Source of the DNA: a virus
Lineage: Duplodnaviria; Caudoviricetes
DNA: 64,000 nucleotides
Direction: 5' to 3' (one strand)
Virus record (IMG/VR): IMGVR_UViG_3300043410_000857
Location: 1,272 to 65,271 of that record
Shown: positions 26,996 to 38,188 of the stretch, one piece after another
How the letters are laid out: each line of letters opens with the position of its first letter
Numbering within the stretch: position 1 is the stretch's first letter
Notes under the pieces: model-generated
What the model was told of the DNA's origin: nothing
Databases searched by the model: none
What the model saw: the letters and a program-made list of their open reading frames with translations, nothing else
Position numbers and translations under genes: made by a program

Positions 26996-29900
26996 TCGCC
27001 GTATTCTTCTATAAGTTGATTCTTAAGTTTCTTATTAAGATAAACACCGTCTACTGAATTCTTAACACGCTCTTCCTTACCAATATAAGAACGTCTTAAT
27101 GTATCTGTAGATATTGAATATGAAGGATGAGCTTCATTAAAGTTGCGTCGTTTCTGATCAATCTCAGCTAGCATCTCATCATCACCTGAAATCTTAGCTA
27201 GGTAATATAAGTCTAGAATAGAAGTACGTCTTGCTTGAATTAGTTGTTCAGCTTTCTTCATAGAGTTAGCTCTAGCATAAGCCTCTGATAGCTCTGCATT
27301 ACTGAATCCAAATATCTGCATGAAGGAACTCATAGCACTTACATCGTCTACAATTTTAGCACCGCTTGATGTTAATGCACCTTCTGTTGCAAATCTAAAT
27401 GCTTTAACAGGATTCTTCACGAAAGATGGAGTCATAGTCTCTAATGCTTTCATTGATTCACCTTGATTGAATTGTGTCATTGCACGTTCAGGATTTACAA
27501 GTAAAGCTTGGTAAGCTGGGCCGAAGAAGTGTTCTGCTACGTATGGAGCAAATCCAACTTCAGATAAGCGTCGGTCATCGGTATGCCATACCATGCCATT
27601 GAAACCTGTTCTCGAAGCAATATCGAGATTTGTTAATTTATTGAGTGGGCCTTTATAACCGAGATCCCCGATGGCTGATCGAACTTGTTCATCAAAATCA
27701 TATGGCTCATCGTCATCACCAAACATAGCTGCGCAAGCAGACATAAACATATTAGCTGCGCCGTAGAGAGGTAAGCCTTGAGCACCAGAGAATGCATAAG
27801 TCATACCCATAATACCTGCTAATTGTTTTTGTGCAATTAACCGAGTAGGCTTATCAACACCTTGGAATGCTTGATGAAACAGTCTAGCTACGTTATAAAT
27901 CTGTGTTTGAGCAAAGCGTTTGAAAGTAAATGCAACCTTACCTAGTCCAGTTTGGAACATCTTAGGACCAGCTTCAGATAAAGCATGTGAATGAGATCTA
28001 ACTGTAATATCAATTGCTTCTTTAATAGCTTGTTCTGGGGATAAACCTTTTTCAATACCTAAATCATATGCAGCAATTAATGTAACTTCTCTATTCAATC
28101 TTTCTGAATTACCGAATACCCAACCAAGTCCTGTCTCAATCTTGGCTCTAGTTCCAGTAAATTCATCTGCTGTAGAACGACGCATTTCGGTCAATTCATA
28201 ACCTACGTTACGACGAAGTGCTGATTGACTTACCGCTGCATGATAAAGTTTGTAGTATTTATCACCAGGTTTTAAATTAGCACCGAAGCTAAAGTCAGGC
28301 ATGAATCTTCTATTAGTATCAAAGCCGCCTTTTCTATAAGTACCATATGCATTACTTAAAGCTTTAAATGTAGCACCCCAACCATATTTACCACTAAGCA
28401 TAGGCACTACAACCATAGGAACTTGAGTTAAGTTGATAAGCGCAGAAGATACGTTACCTGCAATATGCCACATGTAACTGAACCAACCTAAGTTAGAAGA
28501 TAAGTTATCTGCTACAGGATTGTCTAAGAATTTCTTTTGATCATACATATTTTGAGCGACTTGAGAAATCACTTTGTTTTGATTAAAGTCAGGATTATTT
28601 TGCCTATATGCTGCTTCTTGATCTTTTAACTCTTTATAGTGTTCATCTAACTCAGGTCTAAATTCTAGGTTAGATAATTGATTAGCTAGTTTAGAACCTA
28701 CATCAGCAAAGCCGCCTACTACGTCTTTAATATATCCTTCTACGCCTTCACGAGTACGCATTTGTTGACGTAAGGATTCATCTGGGAATAGATCTAGGTA
28801 TGATTTATAAACTTCATTAATAAGTCGTTCTTTGCTTTCACGTTGTACTGGGTCTTCTTCATTAATAACCATTTGCTTATCTAGTAAGTCAATAATATTT
28901 TTAACGAAGCCAATAGGAGGTGTATCTTTATAGTTTACTTCTCGAGTAATAAGAGATGATTCAAAATCTTTACCGCCTGCAGCTTGAGCTTTTCTTTGTT
29001 CATCAGCTATTTCAGCAGGGGATTCTCTATGAACTACAACGCGTTCACCATTCTTATCATTATAAGCAAGTCTATAATTGCCTTTACGACGTAGTGGTAA
29101 GTAGAATGAAATCTTTTCATTTTCAAAACGAGTTCTTAATTGATCTGCAATACTCTTGCCTGCACGACGTTCTACTTGATCAATCATTTTATTACGGTAT
29201 TCAGCGTATTGATTAGAATACTTATATGCTAAGTCAGTTAATTCTTTAGGTAAGTTATTCCAAGCACGGATAAGTTCTTCATCATAATTCTCTTGGTCTT
29301 TCTTCGCTACTCTAGGATCGATACGGTTAGCAGTAAGCTTATGTGCAATATCATTAAATTTATCTATAACTGGTTTTGGGTACTTCTTAAGAATGTCAAC
29401 ACCGTCAAATACCATATGTTCAACTTTTTCACGAAGTTGTTCTAAGACATTACCACGTCTATTAATAGTATCTAAAATCTTATTAAGTGCAGGTAATTCA
29501 GTGCCAAATAACTCTGTCATCTGAGGTAATGACAAGAATGACATACTTAGAGCTCTTAATTTATCTGGAATAATAGAGTAGACGTTACGTACTTCACGGC
29601 CAAGCTTACTATTATAAACTGGAGTAGATCTAATTGTTTCACCTACAGAATCTACTAAACTTCTAGACTCTTGTACATCATATTGATTAAGGTCTTTCTT
29701 AGCTTGCAATGCCATCGCTGGCGCAGCTGTCTCTTTTTGTTTTAATGTTGTACGTAGTGAATGCAAGATCATGTCTTGGATATCAGCAGACGTCATATTA
29801 TTAGGATTATATAACCCAGCTTTAGTTAAGAATGTTTTAACTGCAGCAACAACTCGACGCCAAATAGTATTTTGTGGCGCTGTTTCACCAATTCTAGCAA

Positions 29901-32343
29901 GTACTTCACGTAGATAAGCTTCAGAATTAGGTTGTAATTCAGGATACATTTTAGTTACATGATCATGTGCTGCCGTAACTGCAGGATCCATTTTGTTTAA
30001 TTGTTTAACTTGGCGCAATACTTGTTTATAAATATCTTTACCAAGCATACCTTCTAAACCTTGATGCTCACCTACTTCATGTAATAATGTACGACGTGCA
30101 GTATCTTTTGATACTCGGTTAGCAATAATGTAGGATTTACCTTTATGGTATGCACCTACTGTAGAGGCACCAATCTTATCTTGAATCTCACGAGGTAAAT
30201 CTTTTACATCATTCACAATACCTATGACACCACGTTTGATTGCATTGCGGATGTTATTACCAAATTCTTTTACTAGATGGCTAATAAGTGATTCAGATGT
30301 TTCGCCTGTTGTTGGGGCAGCTGCTCTTGATTCTTGTGGAGTAGTAGGCATCGATACATCTACTTGATTACCTTCTCGATTAAACGGGAACGGCATAGCC
30401 CAATTACCATCTTCATTAGCTAAATGCATAGGAAGATTTTCTTGATAATCAAAATTGTTTCTATCAAACTGTTCAGACCATCTTATATTTCCTTCTACGT
30501 CTACAGGCATATGAGTGTATCCAGCTTCTTTTAAAGCTAGTGCCCTATGTCTTCCTTCATGTCCTGTTACTTTAGCAACGGTAGGATTTTTTTCAGAAGT
30601 ATTAAAAAATAATTGAGGGATACCTTTAAAGTTTCTATCTTCAAATTGACCACCTTTTGCAACAATTTCTCTAGCATTTTTAAGTTTATCAGCGTCTACT
30701 TTATCCTCTTTAGCTAACGCTAAAAACTGATCAATAGGCATCAGTACTCTATTAGTACGATTCTTATGCTGGTTAACTGCTTGATTAAATGTTTCAGGTT
30801 CAGCGCCTTTAAAGAATTTAATTGAGTCTTCTGGTTTTAATGCACCAGGCTCTGGCGTTTTTCCTCTTTCAGGTTGTCCAATAATACCTGTAGTGTCGCT
30901 AGGTCCAGCTCCGAGGCGTTTTTCAGTTCTTCCGGGTAATCCTCGCTCCACGGGCTGTCCAAGTAACGAAATATCTTGTGTAGTTGCTGGGGGGACCAAT
31001 CCTTCATCTTTAACTCTCATTTCCTGAATAGGTGGTTTAAATTGTATTTCCTCAACAAGTTTCTCGTCAAGCTTGCCTTTTTTCATAGCATCAATCACTG
31101 CATACTTATCTTCGTTTGCAAGTTGATCAAACTTAATATCACTCATTGAGTTCCATTTTTCAATGGCTTGTTGTTCGTATGGAATATTTTTAGCACCGCT
31201 TGGTGGGGCAGGAGGTGGTGCACCAGGTAACACATTCGCTGATGCTAAGTCGCCTAGTTCTGGTGGAGGTGGAGCTGGCTCTTCTTTAGTTTCTGTTTTA
31301 CCACGTATACCTTCTACTGCACCAGCAGGAGCACCAAAGATACCACCAGCAATAGAACCACGTAGACCAGACTCAATAATTCTATCCCACTCTTTTGAAC
31401 CAAATACTTCTGGGTGATCTGCAATAAAACGTTCTGCTGCAATACTGATGCCTTCTTGAGCTGACTCAGTTAAACCTTCCATTGCCATGCCTTCACCGAG
31501 TGCGGCTGTAGCACTTCTAAGTACACCTGGTTTCATACCAGATTTTTCTAGAATCTTTTCAGCGATAGACATCTTTAACTGTTTGTCTGCTGGGCCTGCT
31601 AATTTTTTAAATACGTAAGCTGGGAATGCTGAATCTAAACCAGCACTGACTGAAGAATATAACGCAGCTGCACCAGGTTCTAATTTACCTGTAGCATCGT
31701 ATACATTTTGAAATAATTCAGGATAGTTTTGTGCGTATGAACCTAAGTAAATACCTAAGTTTTGACCAACCATTTGTCTCTTAGCTAATTCAGGTGCTGC
31801 TTCTTTTAACTTATTAGCCGCGTATAGTTGAGCAGCTTCACCAGTAAGACCAGCTTCTGCGGCAGCTTTTTCAGCTGCTTCCATTAAACCACGTTTAGCT
31901 AATGCACCAGCACCAACACGACCTACAGCACCAGGACCAATACTTGTTAATAAATTAAGTGCTTGTTCACCTGCTGTTTCTAAAGCGTAAGTACCAAGAC
32001 TTGTAGGACCTGTAATTTCTTTATAGGATTGTACTTCGGCAGGATGTTGTGCTTGGATCATGCGTTGTGTTTCAGTCGCTTCATCCATTTGACGCTTAGC
32101 ATAATCTTCAAAACCTAATGCAGAACCTACCGCTGCAGGAATAACATCTCCAAATGCAGAACTAAGTTGCATCTTACCACGCTCCCAAGCATGACCTAAA
32201 GCTTCAGAAGGTGTGTAATCAGGGCGGAAAGGTTTTTGTTCAGGTAGTTTTTCGTTTTCAATTGCGCTTGCAATTTGATCTTTGGTCATATCATCTGGGA
32301 ATGATACAACGCCATAACCTTGAATATTAATTAACTGAGGCAT
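26992..32343 (-). CDS. Large internal virion / ejection protein (polyvalent: ParB-like, zincin, PLxRFG-like)
   Basis: 1783 aa, last late gene; GHEGRHRALAL, LLHEVGEH, YLPLRRKGNY. Confidence 0.7.
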   Translation of the reverse strand: MPQLINIQGYGVVSFPDDMTKDQIASAIENEKLPEQKPFRPDYTPSEALGHAWERGKMQLSSAFGDVIPAAVGSALGFEDYAKRQMDEATETQRMIQAQHPAEVQSYKEITGPTSLGTYALETAGEQALNLLTSIGPGAVGRVGAGALAKRGLMEAAEKAAAEAGLTGEAAQLYAANKLKEAAPELAKRQMVGQNLGIYLGSYAQNYPELFQNVYDATGKLEPGAAALYSSVSAGLDSAFPAYVFKKLAGPADKQLKMSIAEKILEKSGMKPGVLRSATAALGEGMAMEGLTESAQEGISIAAERFIADHPEVFGSKEWDRIIESGLRGSIAGGIFGAPAGAVEGIRGKTETKEEPAPPPPELGDLASANVLPGAPPPAPPSGAKNIPYEQQAIEKWNSMSDIKFDQLANEDKYAVIDAMKKGKLDEKLVEEIQFKPPIQEMRVKDEGLVPPATTQDISLLGQPVERGLPGRTEKRLGAGPSDTTGIIGQPERGKTPEPGALKPEDSIKFFKGAEPETFNQAVNQHKNRTNRVLMPIDQFLALAKEDKVDADKLKNAREIVAKGGQFEDRNFKGIPQLFFNTSEKNPTVAKVTGHEGRHRALALKEAGYTHMPVDVEGNIRWSEQFDRNNFDYQENLPMHLANEDGNWAMPFPFNREGNQVDVSMPTTPQESRAAAPTTGETSESLISHLVKEFGNNIRNAIKRGVIGIVNDVKDLPREIQDKIGASTVGAYHKGKSYIIANRVSKDTARRTLLHEVGEHQGLEGMLGKDIYKQVLRQVKQLNKMDPAVTAAHDHVTKMYPELQPNSEAYLREVLARIGETAPQNTIWRRVVAAVKTFLTKAGLYNPNNMTSADIQDMILHSLRTTLKQKETAAPAMALQAKKDLNQYDVQESRSLVDSVGETIRSTPVYNSKLGREVRNVYSIIPDKLRALSMSFLSLPQMTELFGTELPALNKILDTINRRGNVLEQLREKVEHMVFDGVDILKKYPKPVIDKFNDIAHKLTANRIDPRVAKKDQENYDEELIRAWNNLPKELTDLAYKYSNQYAEYRNKMIDQVERRAGKSIADQLRTRFENEKISFYLPLRRKGNYRLAYNDKNGERVVVHRESPAEIADEQRKAQAAGGKDFESSLITREVNYKDTPPIGFVKNIIDLLDKQMVINEEDPVQRESKERLINEVYKSYLDLFPDESLRQQMRTREGVEGYIKDVVGGFADVGSKLANQLSNLEFRPELDEHYKELKDQEAAYRQNNPDFNQNKVISQVAQNMYDQKKFLDNPVADNLSSNLGWFSYMWHIAGNVSSALINLTQVPMVVVPMLSGKYGWGATFKALSNAYGTYRKGGFDTNRRFMPDFSFGANLKPGDKYYKLYHAAVSQSALRRNVGYELTEMRRSTADEFTGTRAKIETGLGWVFGNSERLNREVTLIAAYDLGIEKGLSPEQAIKEAIDITVRSHSHALSEAGPKMFQTGLGKVAFTFKRFAQTQIYNVARLFHQAFQGVDKPTRLIAQKQLAGIMGMTYAFSGAQGLPLYGAANMFMSACAAMFGDDDEPYDFDEQVRSAIGDLGYKGPLNKLTNLDIASRTGFNGMVWHTDDRRLSEVGFAPYVAEHFFGPAYQALLVNPERAMTQFNQGESMKALETMTPSFVKNPVKAFRFATEGALTSSGAKIVDDVSAMSSFMQIFGFSNAELSEAYARANSMKKAEQLIQARRTSILDLYYLAKISGDDEMLAEIDQKRRNFNEAHPSYSISTDTLRRSYIGKEERVKNSVDGVYLNKKLKNQLIEEYGD

Positions 32344-32353
32344 GTTCTAGGTT

Positions 32354-33829
32354 TTATTGAAAGCCTTTACCAGGTACATATGTAGCAGCAATATTTGGAG
32401 TAGCTGCAGTGCCAGCAGATGGATTACCTGTTAATGCTTGTAATCTTAAATCTTGTCTAGCTTTTTCCATACGTCGTAAATATTCATCGTAGTTTTTAGA
32501 ACCTTTTTCTTTTGCATTACCACCAAGTTCAGCTAAGATTTCTTTTTCTCTAGATGGTAAATGCTCGTTAATATACTCAATAGCTTTTAAGTTCTCTGTA
32601 ACTGTAGGTTGTTTACCTGCTGTAGCTTTGTTTAATGCAGCTAAGTTATCTTCTTTATTGATTTGATATAGAACTTTATCATGTTTATCTTGTAATTTTT
32701 CTTTGAAGTTTCTTTCTTCAGCTGCTTGTTTACTATCAGCACCGTATTTACCAACTGCAATTTTCTCTGCACGGTCTGCTTTAGCAATGTCATTAAGTAA
32801 TGAGAAGCGTTTTTCTTCTAGAGCTGCCATTTTTTCTCTAGACTCACCATAAGCTTTAAGTCCTGCAGTAGCACCTTCAGCAATATTTTGTAATGCATAT
32901 GGAGACTTACCCGCAGCTATACCAAAACCTGCTTGAGCTAAAGCCATCCATGGAGCAATACGTTCTTGTTCAGTCGCACCTTTTTCCATCTTAGCTAGTC
33001 TATCCGCAAGCTGTTGTTTCATAGGATCTACACCTAAGTAATCTTGGAACTCTTTACCATACTCTGCGATACCTTTTACTTTTTCAGGCGTATAAGAACC
33101 TGGGTATCCTTCAAATGGATTAATAGGTTTAGGTGGTACATTTTTATCTTGTGTAGCAATATTTTGAGTAGTGTCTAATATAGGTTTTTTATTTACGGTA
33201 GGAGCACTTGGTAAATCTACTGGAGTCGCTGCAGTAGCACCTGACATAGCGTTAACTACACCGCGTTCTTGTAATAGTGCTTTCTCATCCATTGTAAGTG
33301 GTATACCTTGTTGAGATTTTTGTATTGCAATTTTAGCGGCTTGTCGTTTACCTTCTTCAATTTTAGCTTGTACATCAGCCATAGCAGCTGATTGATCTGG
33401 AGAAGCTGTATAAAAGTTAGGTGAAATATAAGAACCATCAGTTATACCTGCATAACTAGGCACATGACCACCTTCATCAAACGCTACAATACCGCCAGCT
33501 GCCATACCTTGACCGCTAAACATTTGATCAGGTACTGGTAACCCAGCAACACCTGGTTCTGTAGGAGCACTTGACATGGTAGGATTACCTTGTGCAGGGT
33601 TTTTAGCTAGCATCGCAAGGCCGCTAGGTTGTGACTGTTGTTTTATATCGTCTGCCACTGTAGTTTCAGGTGCTTTTTGTTTTTCATAGTTAGCACGCAT
33701 TTCTTTTCTACGTTGTAACTCAGATAAAGCTAAGTAACTTGGTACTTGGCCAGTAGGATTTTGCACATAATTAATAAGTGCGTTGTCAGGTACACCTTTT
33801 AATTCGTTTTGTAATTTAACAATATTCAT
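32354..33829 (-). CDS. Internal virion / DNA ejection protein
   Basis: Ala/Gln-rich helical protein; MAAGG and FDEGG motifs; position. Confidence 0.6.
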   Translation of the reverse strand: MNIVKLQNELKGVPDNALINYVQNPTGQVPSYLALSELQRRKEMRANYEKQKAPETTVADDIKQQSQPSGLAMLAKNPAQGNPTMSSAPTEPGVAGLPVPDQMFSGQGMAAGGIVAFDEGGHVPSYAGITDGSYISPNFYTASPDQSAAMADVQAKIEEGKRQAAKIAIQKSQQGIPLTMDEKALLQERGVVNAMSGATAATPVDLPSAPTVNKKPILDTTQNIATQDKNVPPKPINPFEGYPGSYTPEKVKGIAEYGKEFQDYLGVDPMKQQLADRLAKMEKGATEQERIAPWMALAQAGFGIAAGKSPYALQNIAEGATAGLKAYGESREKMAALEEKRFSLLNDIAKADRAEKIAVGKYGADSKQAAEERNFKEKLQDKHDKVLYQINKEDNLAALNKATAGKQPTVTENLKAIEYINEHLPSREKEILAELGGNAKEKGSKNYDEYLRRMEKARQDLRLQALTGNPSAGTAATPNIAATYVPGKGFQ

Positions 33830-33832
33830 GCT

Positions 33833-34945
33833 TTATCCTTTGCCTAGTACATTAGCTAAACCAAGACCTGCTAAACCGAGTCCACCAATTTGAGATATGG
33901 TTGAAGGTTGTGGTGTGTATTGAACTTGAGTAGAACCAAGCGCCGCAGCGTTCCCCCTAAGAATATTACTGAGGTATTCAAGTTGTTGTTTTTGATAGTT
34001 CTGTTGTTCTTGGAAGGTTTGATATTTAAGATCATCAATTTTTTGTTGTAAGGCTTGTTTCTCACCTTCAGTTGCAGCTTGTGCTTTCATTCTTTCTAGA
34101 TCAGAAGTTTGTTGAGCAGCGGCAGCGGCAGCTTGTTTAGCAGAAGCATCAATACCTGTAGTAATACCAGCAAGACCAATGTCTTTACCAAGTCCTGCAG
34201 CGTATTGTTGAGCTTGTTGATTAAGTTGTTCAGCTTGTAGACGTCTAGCTTGGTCAGCTTGGAACTGTGCTTGCGCATTTGTATATGCTTCTTGTTGACC
34301 TTTAGCTCTAATATCTGCAATATTTTGAGCAGCACCACGACCTTGTTCAGCTTGTAATAATGCTTGACGTGCACCACCAAATGTACCACGGCTAATAGCA
34401 CCAGTCATACCAGCAGCTTTAGCTAAGTCTCTTTGTTTTTCTGCTTCACGAACTGCAATATCAGTAACATTAGTTGAGTAAGGAGACATGTAATATGAAG
34501 CAGCACCCGGAGTAAATGTACCACCAGTTGTTGTTGTAGGTGTATATCCGAAGGCTTGAGTAAGACCTGTAGCACCAGCACCAAAACCTAATCTTTGACC
34601 TTCTGTAAGACCTGCTGTAGCAGCACCAAAACCACCTGGTCTTGTCATACCCGCTACTTCTTTTTGTAATGCTAATTGACCTGGTGTGAACCCTGCAATT
34701 CTTTCGCCTTCATAAGTAGGCATGCCTTTAACGCCTGTAACTTCACCAGCTGGGCCTGTAGTATATACTGCTTTACCTGTTTGTTTTAATAGTTCTTCAT
34801 AGTATGGCTTAGCATATTCAGGTAAGTTAGTAGAATAAGATGTAGAAGTTTGTGAGCCTCCACCACCTGATCCACCACCAGAACCATAAAAGGTAAATGC
34901 TTCTACAAGGTTTTGAACCCAGTTAAACAAGTTTAATAATTTCAT
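33833..34945 (-). CDS. Internal virion / DNA pilot protein
   Basis: LPEYAKPY, GTFGGARQAL, Gln/Ala-rich, C-terminal glycine zipper. Confidence 0.65.
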   Translation of the reverse strand: MKLLNLFNWVQNLVEAFTFYGSGGGSGGGGSQTSTSYSTNLPEYAKPYYEELLKQTGKAVYTTGPAGEVTGVKGMPTYEGERIAGFTPGQLALQKEVAGMTRPGGFGAATAGLTEGQRLGFGAGATGLTQAFGYTPTTTTGGTFTPGAASYYMSPYSTNVTDIAVREAEKQRDLAKAAGMTGAISRGTFGGARQALLQAEQGRGAAQNIADIRAKGQQEAYTNAQAQFQADQARRLQAEQLNQQAQQYAAGLGKDIGLAGITTGIDASAKQAAAAAAQQTSDLERMKAQAATEGEKQALQQKIDDLKYQTFQEQQNYQKQQLEYLSNILRGNAAALGSTQVQYTPQPSTISQIGGLGLAGLGLANVLGKG

Positions 34946-35355
34946 AAATCTTTCTCCACAACCATTCTTACAGTGTTAAAGTTTGCTTTTAGTTTATATA
35001 ATCTAGCTTGCGCCTCTTGGCACCAAGCACTTACTTTTGTTGCACCTTGCATTCTAGCCCAGTTCTCTACCTGCTCGAATGTTTCATTATTTACAATTCC
35101 ATTACCACCAAGGGCTGTAATAAACATCACTCGGTTACTTGGTCTATTTTGAAACTCTACTGTCATAGCACCATTAAGTTTGCCATTCTCATCAGTAGAT
35201 ACTAATAAAGTTTGCTCACCTCGTACTAATAAAAGTTGTAACTGCTCTAGAGTACAATCTCCTGTTGCAGTATTAAGTGAAGCATTTAAAAAACTATCTA
35301 TATCACTCCAAACACTATATATGTTATTAGGAGCTACAATTTGTACTTTGTTCAT
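34942..35355 (-). CDS. GNAT-like acetyltransferase-fold protein
   Basis: FITALGG, WARMQGATKV; usual position between ejection genes. Confidence 0.55.
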   Translation of the reverse strand: MNKVQIVAPNNIYSVWSDIDSFLNASLNTATGDCTLEQLQLLLVRGEQTLLVSTDENGKLNGAMTVEFQNRPSNRVMFITALGGNGIVNNETFEQVENWARMQGATKVSAWCQEAQARLYKLKANFNTVRMVVEKDL

Positions 35356-37082
35356 GCAGGCATGTATTTTTCTGGTTTAATTTCTTTACCTTGTTTAGTA
35401 TGACCAGTTCTAGCTTTTCTTACTCGGTCTAACATAGAATATAATCTTTTTGATCCTGCTTTAGATGAACCATTACCAATATGACTTACAACATCTGCAG
35501 GTACTACAAATTCACCATCTGCTAAACGTGCTGGTTGTTTACCTTCTATTGTAGCAGGAATTGAATCACTCATGCCATCGCCTTGACCATCTAAGTAACC
35601 ACCATGAGCATAACCACGTGGAGCATTCATACCAGCATAATAAGTTGGACCCATAGCCACAGAAGGATTATAACTTGGTGCCATAGGTTGGCTAGGTGCT
35701 AATGAACCGAGACCTTGACCTTGTTGAGCTTGGTCAGTGCCTTTAATTTGTTTAACAATAGCAGACTCAATAGGATTTTTAGGTTGATAGTTAGGATCAG
35801 CTTTTAAATTATTTACTACTTGAGTCACAATACTACCGTCTGAACTTGGTGCATTACCTAATGTAGCCGCTGCAGTTTGTACTGCTTGAGAAGGCACTGT
35901 TTGTGCAGATGCTGTAGGGCTAGAAGTTGGTATTATTGAACCTAATCCCATATTTTGATCTAACGCAGGTAAATCTTCTTTTGTAGCATCGCCACCATCA
36001 GCAAAGCTTACTGGACCGCCCATAGCATATCCCATAGTTTGTGCTTGGTTTAATGATTGTTCACGAGCTAAAGAATCTAATCTTCCTACACCATAACCAT
36101 CACGGCTTAGCGCTGGATTAGTTTGTGTGTCGGTCGCAGAATATAAATCTCTTAAACCGCCTGTAGTAACTGTACCACCAACTGCATATCCATCAATATA
36201 ACCACCTTCAGCAACTAATCGAAGACCAGTATCATTACCTAAACTTAGTGTTGAATATGGATCATATTTATCTTTAGTGCTTGGTTTTATAGGTTCGCCA
36301 TAAATATCTGATGGTTCTATTCCGCTTAAAACAGCGCCACCTATAGGCATAGCAATTTTACTATAGCCTGCTAAGTCACTAATTTGTTTTGAACCCTCTG
36401 GAGTATAATAGTTTTTAAACTTATCCCATGCGCCTTCTTGTCCAGTAGCTATATTTTTAATACCTGAACCCATTTTATCAAGACCGCCTAAAAAGCTTTT
36501 ATCTACACCCGTAGCTCCTGTACCTGCAGAACCCGCAAAACCTGATGCATTTGCTTGATTTAATAAATTAGTTGGGTATAGATTTTGAGTTTGAAGACCC
36601 GTGTTCATACCAGATAAAGGATTAGCGATACCTTGTTTTACTACATCTGTAGCATTAGCTGCAGTCATAGGATCTACATATCCCGAAGTAGCAACAGAAG
36701 GAGGAGTGGGCGTACCCGCAGCTGCAAAACCTTGACCTAAATTAAATCCACCATAGCCACCTAAACCACCGGTTAATGCACCCATCAAATGATCTTTATT
36801 AGTAGCAGCCCCCGTTGCAGCCCCTGCCGCAATACCTGCCCATAAAGGCATACCAGCACCACCTGTCATAGCGCCAGCAAACATAGGTAATAAACCCTTG
36901 AAGAATCCACCTAAGCTAAATGCTTCTGGAAGACCTGTATGAGGGTTAATAGTTAAGCTAGTGCCTTGTTTTTTAGCTAAATAGTTAAGTCCAGCCACTT
37001 CATGTGGGCTCATATGAACGAGCATAGTATCGCCATGGCGACCTAAGGAAGCTAAACCGTGAGCTGTGTGGGATGTAGTCAT
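35352..37082 (-). CDS. Internal virion protein
   Basis: GRHGDTMLVHMSPHEV, TINPHTGLPEAF, DGMSDSIPA..ARLADGEFVVPADVVS; repeated xAxGG. Confidence 0.7.
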   Translation of the reverse strand: MTTSHTAHGLASLGRHGDTMLVHMSPHEVAGLNYLAKKQGTSLTINPHTGLPEAFSLGGFFKGLLPMFAGAMTGGAGMPLWAGIAAGAATGAATNKDHLMGALTGGLGGYGGFNLGQGFAAAGTPTPPSVATSGYVDPMTAANATDVVKQGIANPLSGMNTGLQTQNLYPTNLLNQANASGFAGSAGTGATGVDKSFLGGLDKMGSGIKNIATGQEGAWDKFKNYYTPEGSKQISDLAGYSKIAMPIGGAVLSGIEPSDIYGEPIKPSTKDKYDPYSTLSLGNDTGLRLVAEGGYIDGYAVGGTVTTGGLRDLYSATDTQTNPALSRDGYGVGRLDSLAREQSLNQAQTMGYAMGGPVSFADGGDATKEDLPALDQNMGLGSIIPTSSPTASAQTVPSQAVQTAAATLGNAPSSDGSIVTQVVNNLKADPNYQPKNPIESAIVKQIKGTDQAQQGQGLGSLAPSQPMAPSYNPSVAMGPTYYAGMNAPRGYAHGGYLDGQGDGMSDSIPATIEGKQPARLADGEFVVPADVVSHIGNGSSKAGSKRLYSMLDRVRKARTGHTKQGKEIKPEKYMPA

Positions 37083-37115
37083 AAAAGATCCTTCATAATT
37101 AGTGTAATAATACCA

Positions 37116-37856
37116 TTAATACAGCGCCGATACAAACGTTGAAGTAAGAATGATTGATGGGGAAGCGGGATGTACTGGGCTTGTACCTGGCGGATATGTA
37201 GCCGCTACTGTGTTACCTGTATCTGATGACATTAATAATTGTATATATTGCCCTGCGTTAAATGGTAAAACAATGTTCCATGAAATAATAGCTGTACCGG
37301 GAGAGCCTCCATGTGTACTTGGAACTGTTGCAACCCCTGCACTAAATGGCACATCAACACCATCTTGTCTAAACCATAAAGTCACATTATCCGCACTATC
37401 TTCAGTAAGTAATTGGATACTAAACTGAATATTATAATACCCAGCTATAGAATGGACTACTTTAGTTTTATCTGCCGGATCTATATAAACTTGATTACTT
37501 GCATCTGTCGTTGTAAATACAACCGTTAATGCCGATGTAGGTGAGGGCACAGGTTGAGCTTCTGATACATAAGTACCAATAGGATGGCTAGATCCGCTAG
37601 AACTATAAGCAGCTCTTGTAATTCCAGTAAATGATGTAGCAGTCTTGCCCGTATATTTAATTAACTCATGACCTATATATAATGCACCCGCATCTAAAAA
37701 ACCAGCTGTAGAAACTACATCAATATCTGCCGTTGATGTTGGATTTGGTATAGCTACAGTTAATGTAGTATAGCCATCCTGATGAAACGCACCATTAGGG
37801 AACTGAATCTGTGCCCCATATGATGTAGGTTTAATAGGATAGTAAGCAATACTCAT
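37116..37856 (-). CDS. Tail-associated structural protein
   Basis: C1q-like beta-rich C-terminus (AGYYNIQFSIQL, PASPSIILT). Confidence 0.55.
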   Translation of the reverse strand: MSIAYYPIKPTSYGAQIQFPNGAFHQDGYTTLTVAIPNPTSTADIDVVSTAGFLDAGALYIGHELIKYTGKTATSFTGITRAAYSSSGSSHPIGTYVSEAQPVPSPTSALTVVFTTTDASNQVYIDPADKTKVVHSIAGYYNIQFSIQLLTEDSADNVTLWFRQDGVDVPFSAGVATVPSTHGGSPGTAIISWNIVLPFNAGQYIQLLMSSDTGNTVAATYPPGTSPVHPASPSIILTSTFVSALY

Positions 37857-38188
37857 ACTGCTTCGCCACCACTTACTGTAATAGTACAACCTGTAGCTGA
37901 TGCTTTAACTTGGATTGTATCTCCTGCATTTAATATTTGAGAACCAGCCCATTGCACAATTGTATTTAATGGTAGAGGTGTATTATAAAATAATGCATTA
38001 GAAGTTCCTGCTGTACCACCACTTGGAACTAAACTTACATAAATACCAATAGTAGCTGAAGTTGTATTAACAATATCCATGTCTTTAACATATGTTCTTG
38101 TGTTTGCAGGTACTGTATAAATCGTAGCATATGAAGTTGTGATCGCAGCTTGACCTAGTTGTAGTGGAGTTATATTATTGTAAGCCAT
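37853..38188 (-). CDS. Small virion structural protein
   Basis: TIYTVPA...LNAGDTIQV beta-sandwich. Confidence 0.6.
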   Translation of the reverse strand: MAYNNITPLQLGQAAITTSYATIYTVPANTRTYVKDMDIVNTTSATIGIYVSLVPSGGTAGTSNALFYNTPLPLNTIVQWAGSQILNAGDTIQVKASATGCTITVSGGEAV

